Notes under the pieces: generated by a model
Told to the model about the DNA's origin: nothing
The model's input: only the letters and a program-made list of their open reading frames with translations
The model's database searches: none
Made by a program: the position numbers and the translations under genes
Part shown: piece by piece, positions 9,486-17,279 of the stretch
Layout of the letters: every line of letters starts with the position of its first letter
How positions within the stretch are numbered: the first letter of the stretch is position 1
Assembly (NCBI GenBank): GCA_937899865.1
Contig: CALBRH010000038.1
Location: 1-32,576, forward strand
Direction of reading: 5' to 3'
Origin: an uncultured euryarchaeote
GTDB lineage: Archaea; Thermoplasmatota; Poseidoniia; Poseidoniales; Poseidoniaceae
DNA length: 32,576 nucleotides

Positions 9486-10607
9486 TCATGATGAAGAATG
9501 TGAGGCGACATCAAGAAGAAATCTTTCAAGCTCAATCCGTGGTTGTGAAGTCTTGAATACTGACACTTCACATTTTGCCAAACTTATCATAATTTTAGAT
9601 AACAACATGTCATCAAGATTCATCCTCCCTTCTGTAAGTAATCTATGGAATTGATTAACAATGTCCTCGGCTTCGAAATTTTGCTTTTCCATTAATTGAT
9701 CTAAAAGGCCCATTGCTCCCTTCAAGGTTCTCATGTTTCTTCCGTTGGTTTTTTCCCACTTCCAATCATGTACTCTGTCACGCATTGCTTCTTCTAACAC
9801 CTGTTGAATACCTCTAACTTTTGTTGCGGACATTAAATTTTGTAAATTGCGCCGATTGGATAGCAAATCTCTTTTCGCCATTAACTCAAGGATAAATATT
9901 GCTTTACGGATATTGCCGTCACTAACATGAGCGATGTCTCCGATAATTCCACGCACAGGTTCTAGGTTTTCTTGCTCGGCTATTTCTGTCAATTTACTTT
10001 CAATATCCTTTTTATCATAGCGCGATAAACGGATATGTTGTACTCTACTTCTCAGCGCTTCAATTAATCTAGATGGTGTCGTTGTAGTAAAAATAAATCT
10101 AGATGTTAAACTACTGTGTTCCATCATGCGACGTAGGTATGCTTGCCTTAGATTACCAAGATAATCGGCATCTTCTATTACGATAATTCTTGATAATTTT
10201 ATTCGGCCATCAGAATTGCTGTTGAAAGTTTCGTGACCGCTAGGTGGCCCTGGGTCATTTGGTACTTCGGCGAGCGTTTCGGTGAATATATCTAAACTAG
10301 TTAGACCAGCAAGGCTGTTGCTTGAACCGCTAGGTCTAATAAAATCCTCAAAGATTTTCATTGCTCCAGGCATCCTTGATAGGTCTTTTGCGTTTAGAAT
10401 GTGCGTTGTTGACTGCCACCCTGGGCCTAGCAATTGCCTTGCGACCATTCGCATGACTGTTGTCTTACCAACGCCGCTAGGACCTGATAGAAGTAAATGT
10501 GGAGGATTGGATCCTGTAGATGCCGTCTGTAAGTTGTCTTTGATGGCATCCGGAGTCAACAAATGTTCGAATCTAGTCGGGCCTTTGGACTCTAACCACG
10601 ACGTCAT
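9486..10607 (-). CDS. Replication factor C small-subunit-like AAA+ protein (divergent paralog)
   Basis: PHLLLSGPSGVGKTT (Walker A), ILNAKD, IIVIEDAD, LRRMME, RFIF, ALRSR arginine finger, DGNIRKAI sensor-2 region, and helical C-terminal collar. Confidence 0.8.
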   Translation of the reverse strand: MTSWLESKGPTRFEHLLTPDAIKDNLQTASTGSNPPHLLLSGPSGVGKTTVMRMVARQLLGPGWQSTTHILNAKDLSRMPGAMKIFEDFIRPSGSSNSLAGLTSLDIFTETLAEVPNDPGPPSGHETFNSNSDGRIKLSRIIVIEDADYLGNLRQAYLRRMMEHSSLTSRFIFTTTTPSRLIEALRSRVQHIRLSRYDKKDIESKLTEIAEQENLEPVRGIIGDIAHVSDGNIRKAIFILELMAKRDLLSNRRNLQNLMSATKVRGIQQVLEEAMRDRVHDWKWEKTNGRNMRTLKGAMGLLDQLMEKQNFEAEDIVNQFHRLLTEGRMNLDDMLLSKIMISLAKCEVSVFKTSQPRIELERFLLDVASHSSS

Positions 10608-10652
10608 GAAACACTAAACTCGACGGCGGTTTTTGAACTATCCGCGCGCTAA

Positions 10653-10802
10653 TCACTCAGCATTAAGTTTCTTGGTGCCGGTTCTTCTAAGCTTCATGAA
10701 AACTCTTGAACCACATGCTTTACAGCTTATCCCATTGCGCTCTCTATGAAATGATTCAATACTTCCACATGTAGCACATTTGTAATCGATTAGTTCAACC
10801 AT
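10653..10802 (-). CDS. rpoP: DNA-directed RNA polymerase subunit P (Rpo12)
   Basis: Below the ORF-track cutoff. Manual translation: MVELIDYKCATCGSIESFHRERNGISCKACGSRVFMKLRRTGTKKLNAE* (49 aa), with the YKCxxC...CxxCGSRVFMK zinc ribbon typical of RpoP. Confidence 0.9.
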   Translation of the reverse strand: MVELIDYKCATCGSIESFHRERNGISCKACGSRVFMKLRRTGTKKLNAE

Positions 10803-10883
10803 GATACTCAACTCAGCCTATCCGAATAGTCTTCCTTTCTTAACCTGTTTGTCGCGCTTATGTGTTTTCTAGTATAGCGAGGT

Positions 10884-10958
10884 TGGCGCCCGCTCCGGGA
10901 ATTGAACCCGGGTCGCAGGAATGACAATCCTGCATGATAACCTCTACACCAAGCGGGC
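10884..10958 (-). tRNA. tRNA-Asp(GTC), CCA encoded
   Basis: Acceptor stem GCCCGCT/AGCGGGC + G + CCA; anticodon arm CAGGA-TTGTCAT-TCCTG; T-arm CCGGG-TTCAATT-CCCGG. Confidence 0.96.
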
Positions 10959-11027
10959 GTGTTCGTATCCTCCGGAGCGCAACCGCTATTTAAGCCGCGC
11001 CATGTGGGTCGACAAGGGAGTATCTAC

Positions 11028-12590
11028 ATGGCGAAGAAAAAAACCTCTGCTGAAATGGCCAGAGAACAATCTGAAATTGCTAAAGTAGAAGGTATGCTAG
11101 GAGATGCTTTCGGCAGCCTTGGTGGCCTTGAGCAACCTGTTCAAGATGAAAAATTAGAAGAAAATATTCAGGAACAGGCTGATAATATGGAAAGCGAGAC
11201 AGAACTTGCTGAGAAAGATGTTGTTGAAGATGAGGTTAATGATGCTGAATCAGCTGATGAAAGCGAAGTTTCCGAAGGCGACGATGAACCGAAATCTACT
11301 GACGAGGAGCCAGTTTCTAATCCTCCTGCCGGACCTCCATCTGGACCACCAAGTGGGCCTCCGTCCGGACCCCCGAGTAAGCCGCCATCAGGTCCGCCAA
11401 GTGGCCCGCCAACTACTGAAGATGAAACTCCGACCAAACCTCCATCTGGTCCACCAAGTGGGCCTCCGTCCGGGCCCCCGAGTAAGCCGCCAACCGGTCC
11501 ACCAAGTGGCCCACCATCTGGACCACCGTCCAAAATTCCCAAAGATGATGGAGATGGCCCAGAAGGTCAAGAAGATGTTGAAAATAATGATTCAAAGTCA
11601 GCAGAAGAGAGTGATGATGTTGAACCAGAATCCTCTGAATCAAATGATGTAGAGGCTACAGATGATGATACTTCTCAAGAGGATAGTGAAGCCTTAGAAG
11701 AAAGTTCTGAAGAAGCAACTGAGCAAGAAGATGGTGAAGCCGTAGAAGAAAGTTCTGAAGAAGCAACTGAAGAAGTTGATGAAGAAACTACTGAAGAAAA
11801 GGACCTTGATGAAGTGACGACAACTGAAGATGCTGAGGTTCTAAATGAGGAAGATATCGTTGCCAAGGAGGCTGAAATTGCTCGACTATCTGCAGAAGTA
11901 GATCGACTAAGACTTTCCATGAGTGGTGCAGCTGACATAATTGAGGAGTTAGAAAACCCACCAATGCCGCCAATAATTCATGAAGATTTAGTTATTGGCG
12001 CACATATTGTTGCTGATATGGCAAGAATGGCTCGGCAATTGGATAGAGATGGTTTGGTAAGAGCCGCCATGGGCTCTATCGCTATGCTTCATCCCGACAG
12101 ATTAGATGTATTGATTTCAACTAAGCAGAAAGCTTTGCTACCAAGGATGAATGAACAAGACATCTGTGCTGGTAAATTAAATGCAGATCCACCTAGAGGT
12201 GCACCAGAAGATTGGCGCGTCTTAGAAGTATTACTTGCTTCGACAAGTATTGTCACAGGAGGTCCAGCTGCAGTAATCCATTGTCATGGCGCATATGCTA
12301 CCGCTGTGAGTTGTGAAAAGGACCTTGTTTTGATGCAACCTATTGACGAAATCGGCAAGGAACACATTGGAAAGGTAATTATTGTCGACCCTGATGAGGA
12401 AAATCCACGTGAATTCCTTCGCCAAGTCGCTGAAGCACTCAATCAAGGTGGCATGCGTTGCGTTGTAATTCGTGGCAATGGTGCATACGCTGTTGGTGCA
12501 GATTTAGATCAAGCATGGGCTAATGCAGCAATGCTTGAGCATAGCATGAAAATTATCATGCTTGCCCGACAAGCAAATCTGAAAATATAA
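11028..12590 (+). CDS. Class II aldolase/adducin-head domain protein with long acidic, Pro-rich disordered N-terminus and a coiled coil
   Basis: C-terminal ~200 aa show AMGSIAML, AAVIHCHGAYATA and VVIRGNGAYAVG...A...LEH. Likely ATG 11028 after SD AAGGGAG; the ORF-track start at 10959 abuts tRNA-Asp. Confidence 0.75.
   Translation: MAKKKTSAEMAREQSEIAKVEGMLGDAFGSLGGLEQPVQDEKLEENIQEQADNMESETELAEKDVVEDEVNDAESADESEVSEGDDEPKSTDEEPVSNPPAGPPSGPPSGPPSGPPSKPPSGPPSGPPTTEDETPTKPPSGPPSGPPSGPPSKPPTGPPSGPPSGPPSKIPKDDGDGPEGQEDVENNDSKSAEESDDVEPESSESNDVEATDDDTSQEDSEALEESSEEATEQEDGEAVEESSEEATEEVDEETTEEKDLDEVTTTEDAEVLNEEDIVAKEAEIARLSAEVDRLRLSMSGAADIIEELENPPMPPIIHEDLVIGAHIVADMARMARQLDRDGLVRAAMGSIAMLHPDRLDVLISTKQKALLPRMNEQDICAGKLNADPPRGAPEDWRVLEVLLASTSIVTGGPAAVIHCHGAYATAVSCEKDLVLMQPIDEIGKEHIGKVIIVDPDEENPREFLRQVAEALNQGGMRCVVIRGNGAYAVGADLDQAWANAAMLEHSMKIIMLARQANLKI
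11322..11540 (+). repeat. Coding tandem repeat (GPPS/KPPS)n in two blocks
   Basis: Near-identical DNA copies of ggXccaccaagtgggcctccgtccggXcccccgagtaagccgcca about 105 nt apart; translates to PPSGPPSGPPSKPPSGPP. Confidence 0.9.
11688..11775 (+). repeat. 48-nt coding tandem duplication (EAxEESSEEATE)
   Basis: gaagccttagaagaaagttctgaagaagcaactga at 11688 and gaagccgtagaagaaagttctgaagaagcaactga at 11736. Confidence 0.85.
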
Positions 12591-12610
12591 GTTTGAGTTG
12601 ATGGCTTAAA

Positions 12611-12626
12611 CACTTATTCATAAGTG
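12611..12626. promoter_or_regulatory. Candidate operator palindrome CACTTAT-TC-ATAAGTG
   Basis: Perfect 7-bp inverted repeat in a 55-nt intergenic gap, directly after CTTAAA and 19 nt before the GTG at 12646; resembles 30631-30646. Confidence 0.5.
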
Positions 12627-12645
12627 AATCAATTAATGGTTAGTT

Positions 12646-13605
12646 GTGTCAAGTAATCCGAAGATTGGTGTTTCTGCTTGCTTAGTAGGTCAAAAGGTCC
12701 GATACAATGGAGATGCTGCTGAATTCAGGACACTATCAAGAAAATGGTCAGACCATCTTGAATTAGTGCCAGTCTGCCCTGAAGTTGGTATTGGTATGGG
12801 CGTGCCTAGACCTACAATTAGATTGGTGAAAAATGATGGCAAACTTTCGCTCATAAACCCAAAGAATGGTGATGACTTTACCGACAAAATGTTAGAATTC
12901 TCGGAGATTCAATCCGATCTATTAGCTTCTTCCGGGATTTGCGGATTTGTTTTCAAAAAGGATTCTCCGAGTTGCGGACTTGATAGGGTCAAAGTATATC
13001 GCGGTAGCAACCCTCAGGCTGTAAGAGAAGGGCGGGGATTATTTGCAATGGTATTCACATCACTAAACCCGCACATTCCTGTAATTGAAGAAGGGCGATT
13101 AACAGACCCAAAACAAGCAGAGCATTTTCTGTCTAGAGTCCACTTTTTCCACGAATGGCAGAACATTGGGAATACCGGCTGGGATGCCAATAAAATCATG
13201 CAATTTCATAATGAAAACAAGTTATTCCTATTAAGCCGCGCTCCACAAATGAAGCGGATTCTAGGGCGCATGATTGCAACACGGTTTGATGAGGGAGTTC
13301 ATCCTGAAAATGTCGCATTAGAGTACATGACTGAAGCACAGCAAGCATTGAATGTACTAACCAAAAAAGGCCGCATTGCACATACTATGGAAAGAGTACT
13401 GGGGAGATTCTCGCATCAATTAACCAAATCAGAAAAACAAGAAGTTGTAGAGTTGATTCATGGATTTAGAAAAGGAATTTTGCCCCGATCAGCGCCGCTT
13501 GTCTTATTGAATCATTATTTGCGAAGATATAATTTGAATGATAAGATAATGAGCCGATTCATCAAATCTGTACCTCTAGAAATGGGACTAATGGCTAGAG
13601 TTTAA
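12646..13605 (+). CDS. DUF523 (TudS/2-thiouracil desulfidase-like Fe-S domain) + DUF1722 fusion, YbgA-like
   Basis: KIGVSACLVGQKVRYNG, PVCPEVGIGMGVPR, FKKDSPSCG, LPVIEEGRL-like IPVIEEGRL, and helical DUF1722 region (FH..NKLFLLS). Confidence 0.88.
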   Translation: MSSNPKIGVSACLVGQKVRYNGDAAEFRTLSRKWSDHLELVPVCPEVGIGMGVPRPTIRLVKNDGKLSLINPKNGDDFTDKMLEFSEIQSDLLASSGICGFVFKKDSPSCGLDRVKVYRGSNPQAVREGRGLFAMVFTSLNPHIPVIEEGRLTDPKQAEHFLSRVHFFHEWQNIGNTGWDANKIMQFHNENKLFLLSRAPQMKRILGRMIATRFDEGVHPENVALEYMTEAQQALNVLTKKGRIAHTMERVLGRFSHQLTKSEKQEVVELIHGFRKGILPRSAPLVLLNHYLRRYNLNDKIMSRFIKSVPLEMGLMARV

Positions 13606-13995
13606 TCAAAAATAGACTTGGATTTGAGAGTCTTGTACTCTTGTATCATAAATAGTGAGATTCTTCTTCTTGGACATCTTTCCAACCAATTTCCCATAAG
13701 GCGGAAATAACGGAAATGGAGACCACTCAACAAGCTCTCCATCATCGATTCTGTGAGTTGTTTGATGTAACGGACATCTAATGCACCCATCTTTTACCTT
13801 AGCACCCCATGCTAAAGGCCATCGCATATGACGGCAGAGTGCTTCAGTAGCAAAATAGTGATCATCTTGCATGCCTACAAGTAGTAGTTTCTTATCTACT
13901 GTGACCATTTTCTTTTTACCATTTTTAAGTTTCTTTATTGGCAATGCATTACGCCATTTTGCTTCACTAATTGCGGGCATTAGCCATTCCTCCAT
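13606..13995 (-). CDS. Rieske [2Fe-2S] ferredoxin
   Basis: CRH and CPLH cluster-ligand motifs. The true start may be ATG 13980. Confidence 0.88.
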   Translation of the reverse strand: MEEWLMPAISEAKWRNALPIKKLKNGKKKMVTVDKKLLLVGMQDDHYFATEALCRHMRWPLAWGAKVKDGCIRCPLHQTTHRIDDGELVEWSPFPLFPPYGKLVGKMSKKKNLTIYDTRVQDSQIQVYF

Positions 13996-14698
13996 CCAGA
14001 TTCAATACTTGTCCAGTCAAATTATCAGGCGCATCAGTCAACAACCAATTGATAACTGTAGCAATTTCTTCTCGCTCATTTATTCGTTTCATTGGTATCA
14101 TAGATACAGCTGCATCACGTATCGCATCTGATTTCAATACTGAGGCCCCAAGCCTAGTTTCTGTCAAACCTGGGGCGACTGCGTTAACTCGAATTTTACG
14201 CTGGGCATAAGTTGCAGCTGCGGCACGCACCATTGCTTCAATACCACCCTTTGCAGCAGCAATCGCTTCATGGTTAACCAACCCAAGACTGCCTGCTACA
14301 CTTGAAGTGAATACTAATCTGCCCCCGCCGGTGCGTAACATCGATTTGCTAATCAAAGATAGAGAAAGAAAAGCACTGGTCAAATTCGTTCTAATAAGTG
14401 ATTCAAAATCCTCTAACTTTAATGCATGTGGAGGTTTAAGCAATATAGAACCAATTAGATGAGCTGCTCCAGCAATGCCTCCGTTTCCCTGTTCCTTTGC
14501 TATCTCTATTGCTGAAAGAATATCATCTTCTACCAATCCATCTCCTATCACTACATTAACGCCTGATTCTTTAAGCCCGTTTACTCTTGATTCATCTCGT
14601 GCTAGAACAGTCACATAATGACCTGATTCTGTTAATTGTGTAATCAATTCAAGGGCAATATCACTGCTACCGCCTATAATCAAATAGGATTCTGACAT
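13967..14698 (-). CDS. SDR family oxidoreductase (atypical active site)
   Basis: LIIGGSSDIA, LVFTSSVAG, HEAIAAAKGG, IRVNAVAPGLTET, LTGQVLNLDGG. Confidence 0.9.
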   Translation of the reverse strand: MSESYLIIGGSSDIALELITQLTESGHYVTVLARDESRVNGLKESGVNVVIGDGLVEDDILSAIEIAKEQGNGGIAGAAHLIGSILLKPPHALKLEDFESLIRTNLTSAFLSLSLISKSMLRTGGGRLVFTSSVAGSLGLVNHEAIAAAKGGIEAMVRAAAATYAQRKIRVNAVAPGLTETRLGASVLKSDAIRDAAVSMIPMKRINEREEIATVINWLLTDAPDNLTGQVLNLDGGMANARN

Positions 14699-14720
14699 GC
14701 ATTAGACTAATCAATTGGAC

Positions 14721-14728
14721 TTTTATAT
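14721..14728 (-). promoter_or_regulatory. TATA box of the SDR-Rieske unit (probably a leaderless mRNA)
   Basis: Minus-strand GATATAAAAG lies 23-30 nt upstream of ATG 14698; no SD is present. Confidence 0.5.
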
Positions 14729-14742
14729 CCGTGTTTAATTTA

Positions 14743-15336
14743 CTAGTTTGTATCTCGATTAATACGACAGATTTCAACAAAATTTTCAAACATTTCTTTG
14801 CCAAATTCCGAGTCATTAACTTCGGGATGAAATTGTAACCCAAACCGGTCTCCTGCTTCATTTTCCATGCCTTGTACTTCGCATGACGGACTACTTGCTG
14901 TGATAAAAAATCCTTCTGGAACAATATGAACCTCATCATTGTGAGATTCCCAAACGGTTTGCTGCTCTGCAGTTCCTTGGAAAATTTTACCGCCGCCATT
15001 TTTTAGATTGATTTCCATGGCTCCAAATTCTGGAATTGGAGATTCTCGTGCATCTCCTCCGTAATGACGAGCCATAAATTGGTGGCCCGCACATATCCCA
15101 AGTATAGGAATATTAAGTTCAAGATATGCTCCACAGTTACCTAACTCGCCAGTTAAACCCACTCTTGCAGCTCCGCCTGAAAGAATTATTCCATCAAGTT
15201 CTCTTAGATCTTCAACCGGAGTAGTATTATCGATAATTTGAGTATCTACTTTGAGATAACGTAGCATACGCCACTCTCTGTGAGTCCACTGCCCGCCATT
15301 ATCAACAACATCAATCACCAGCGGCTTTTGATTCAA
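14743..15336 (-). CDS. guaA: GMP synthase glutamine amidotransferase subunit A (archaeal split type)
   Basis: VVDNGGQWTHREWR, GIILSGG, PILGICAGHQ (nucleophile Cys), VWESHNDEV, GLQFHPEV; TTG start after SD GAGGTGA. Confidence 0.93.
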   Translation of the reverse strand: MNQKPLVIDVVDNGGQWTHREWRMLRYLKVDTQIIDNTTPVEDLRELDGIILSGGAARVGLTGELGNCGAYLELNIPILGICAGHQFMARHYGGDARESPIPEFGAMEINLKNGGGKIFQGTAEQQTVWESHNDEVHIVPEGFFITASSPSCEVQGMENEAGDRFGLQFHPEVNDSEFGKEMFENFVEICRINRDTN

Positions 15337-15345
15337 ATTTTCACC

Positions 15346-15855
15346 TCAGTTATTTTCGATATTATTTTCAATTCCGCCAGAAACGACACTATCAGAAATA
15401 TTGTACGTTATATTTTGAACGATATTTGTCGAATTTTCTGTTTCCTTTTCAGAAGCATCTATTATTGATTCAATTGGTTTATTTTTTCGAGCATGCTTGA
15501 AAGATTGGACGCACAAATATGTGTAAATTGAACCGGTAACAAGTAGCATTAGCATTGATCCTGAGGCATAATTGATGCCGTCAGACATGACCATGAAGAA
15601 GCGGGTTCCCCCTAGAGCACAAAGTGCACCCACCAAAACAGCAGCGTGCATCCACAATTTTTTCTTTCCAGGTTGCATATTTGTTAGAATCCCTGGGATT
15701 AGCATTAACACACCCATTAATGATGGTATGTATGAGGTGAATGAATTAGACCCGGACAGAATGGAGACTGCTAAGCCCCACAAAATCATCATTACACCAT
15801 AACCTATGGTCAAATTTGCCATCGACATTCCCATCGGCTTATACTCGTCTGCCAT
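15346..15855 (-). CDS. Hypothetical 4-TM membrane protein
   Basis: Four hydrophobic segments and a polar tail ending QNITYNISDSVVSG. Confidence 0.7.
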   Translation of the reverse strand: MADEYKPMGMSMANLTIGYGVMMILWGLAVSILSGSNSFTSYIPSLMGVLMLIPGILTNMQPGKKKLWMHAAVLVGALCALGGTRFFMVMSDGINYASGSMLMLLVTGSIYTYLCVQSFKHARKNKPIESIIDASEKETENSTNIVQNITYNISDSVVSGGIENNIENN

Positions 15856-15935
15856 AATCACGGCTCAAACTGAATATCTAAAATTGCTTTGAGAGAATTG
15901 ATGAATGATTGACTACTGGATTAGGATGGTCGCCT

Positions 15936-17279
15936 ATGGATTTCTCAAGTATTCCTGACGGTTGGCCGGGTAATCTTTGGCTTGAAGGTAAAACCATTGT
16001 TCACCTTCAACCGGAACAAGAAAGGCCTTCGCACATGCCACGAGGGCCAGCCAAAAAAACAGGAGGAGGTTTTCTCAATCCTGCAATGGCTCCGTCAAGA
16101 ACAAGGTCTGTACTCTTACTGAAAGATGCTCTTGAACATGATTGGTTAACATCTCAAGATAAACCAATAAGAGCATTTGATGCAATGTGTTCTACTGGAG
16201 TTAGAATTAGAAGATGGCGTAATGAAATACCAAATGAGTTGCAAAATAGGCTTCGAATAACTGGTAATGATCTAAACGATTTTGCGCTTTCTTGGGCAAT
16301 TAATTCTCACAATCATAATTTGCCAAAATATACCGAAAATGTTGAGATGAATTTTGATAGATATGGTTCAATGACTCAGCGAGAATCAGTAAACGGTATT
16401 TTCTTTCAAAAAATGGATGCGAAGTTAGCCATGGCTGATGCATCATATCAATGGATAGATATTGACCCGTTTGGTTCTCCAGTACCATTTATTGATTCTG
16501 CGATACAAAGTCTTGCGCGAACTGGTGTTCTTGAAGTAACCGCAACCGATACAGCTGCACTAACTGGTTCCTCTTTGAGTTCACAAAAGCGCCGATATGA
16601 TTCTCAAGGAATTGTCGATGATTATGCTCATGATGATGCGGTAAGAGTATTGCTTGGATTAATTGCTAAAGTTGCAGCAATGCATGATAGAGTAATAAAG
16701 CCGATTTTATCTCTATTTGACGGTCATCACGTTCGAGTCAGCGTATTAGTGAAGACCTCAAAGGAAGGAGCTTCTGATTTTCAAAATAATATTGGCTATC
16801 GACTTCGATGTCAAGATTTACCATACAAATTCATCAAATATCCTGATTCTAAACAAATAAAAAATTCCAGTGGCCCTTTGTGGACAGGTCCACTAATGGA
16901 TAGGGACATTGCTGGTAGAATGACGGTGGAAAACGCCATTCAGACTTGCTTACCAAGTGAAAAAGAGTTAGAAAAATTAACCGATGGTGACCTTGAGTGG
17001 ATTGAAAAAGATGTCGAATATGCAACTCGTGAAATGGTAAGAAGTGTCAAACATATTGCTGATGCTGCCGATTTACTCAGTCGCGAGCATCTTTTACTAA
17101 GTTTGAATGCAATGCCTCGATTAGCAGGTACAAAGGGTGCACCGAAAATGGATGATGTTGTAAATGATCTAATCGCTTTAGGCCATAGTGCGGCAAGATA
17201 TCCTGATATGGATCCAATGTTTATTACCGATGCTGAATTCGAAACCGTACTTTCTGTAGTAAGAAAATATCATCAGTGA
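15936..17279 (+). CDS. trm1: tRNA (guanine26-N2)-dimethyltransferase Trm1
   Basis: FLNPAMAPSRTRSV, FDAMCSTGVRIRR, IDIDPFGSP, VTATDTAAL, DDAVRVLLG, GPLWTGPL. Start is uncertain (TTG 15909 or ATG 15936). Confidence 0.88.
   Translation: MDFSSIPDGWPGNLWLEGKTIVHLQPEQERPSHMPRGPAKKTGGGFLNPAMAPSRTRSVLLLKDALEHDWLTSQDKPIRAFDAMCSTGVRIRRWRNEIPNELQNRLRITGNDLNDFALSWAINSHNHNLPKYTENVEMNFDRYGSMTQRESVNGIFFQKMDAKLAMADASYQWIDIDPFGSPVPFIDSAIQSLARTGVLEVTATDTAALTGSSLSSQKRRYDSQGIVDDYAHDDAVRVLLGLIAKVAAMHDRVIKPILSLFDGHHVRVSVLVKTSKEGASDFQNNIGYRLRCQDLPYKFIKYPDSKQIKNSSGPLWTGPLMDRDIAGRMTVENAIQTCLPSEKELEKLTDGDLEWIEKDVEYATREMVRSVKHIADAADLLSREHLLLSLNAMPRLAGTKGAPKMDDVVNDLIALGHSAARYPDMDPMFITDAEFETVLSVVRKYHQ

Noticed and set aside
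11168-11652. Antisense and alternate-frame ORFs with GGPLGGPDGG or HQV repeats; possible collagen-like protein
   Set aside because: They are shadows of the GPPS repeat in the real gene. The period is 4 residues, not Gly-X-Y.
14701-14711. ATTAG-A-CTAAT upstream of the SDR as a third copy of the shared operator
   Set aside because: The core spacing is TTA-N3-TAA rather than N4, and the flanks do not match.
15936-17279. Trm1 lacking the usual Cys4 zinc finger, as a possible pseudogene
   Set aside because: The ORF and methyltransferase motifs are intact, and the zinc finger is variable in this family.
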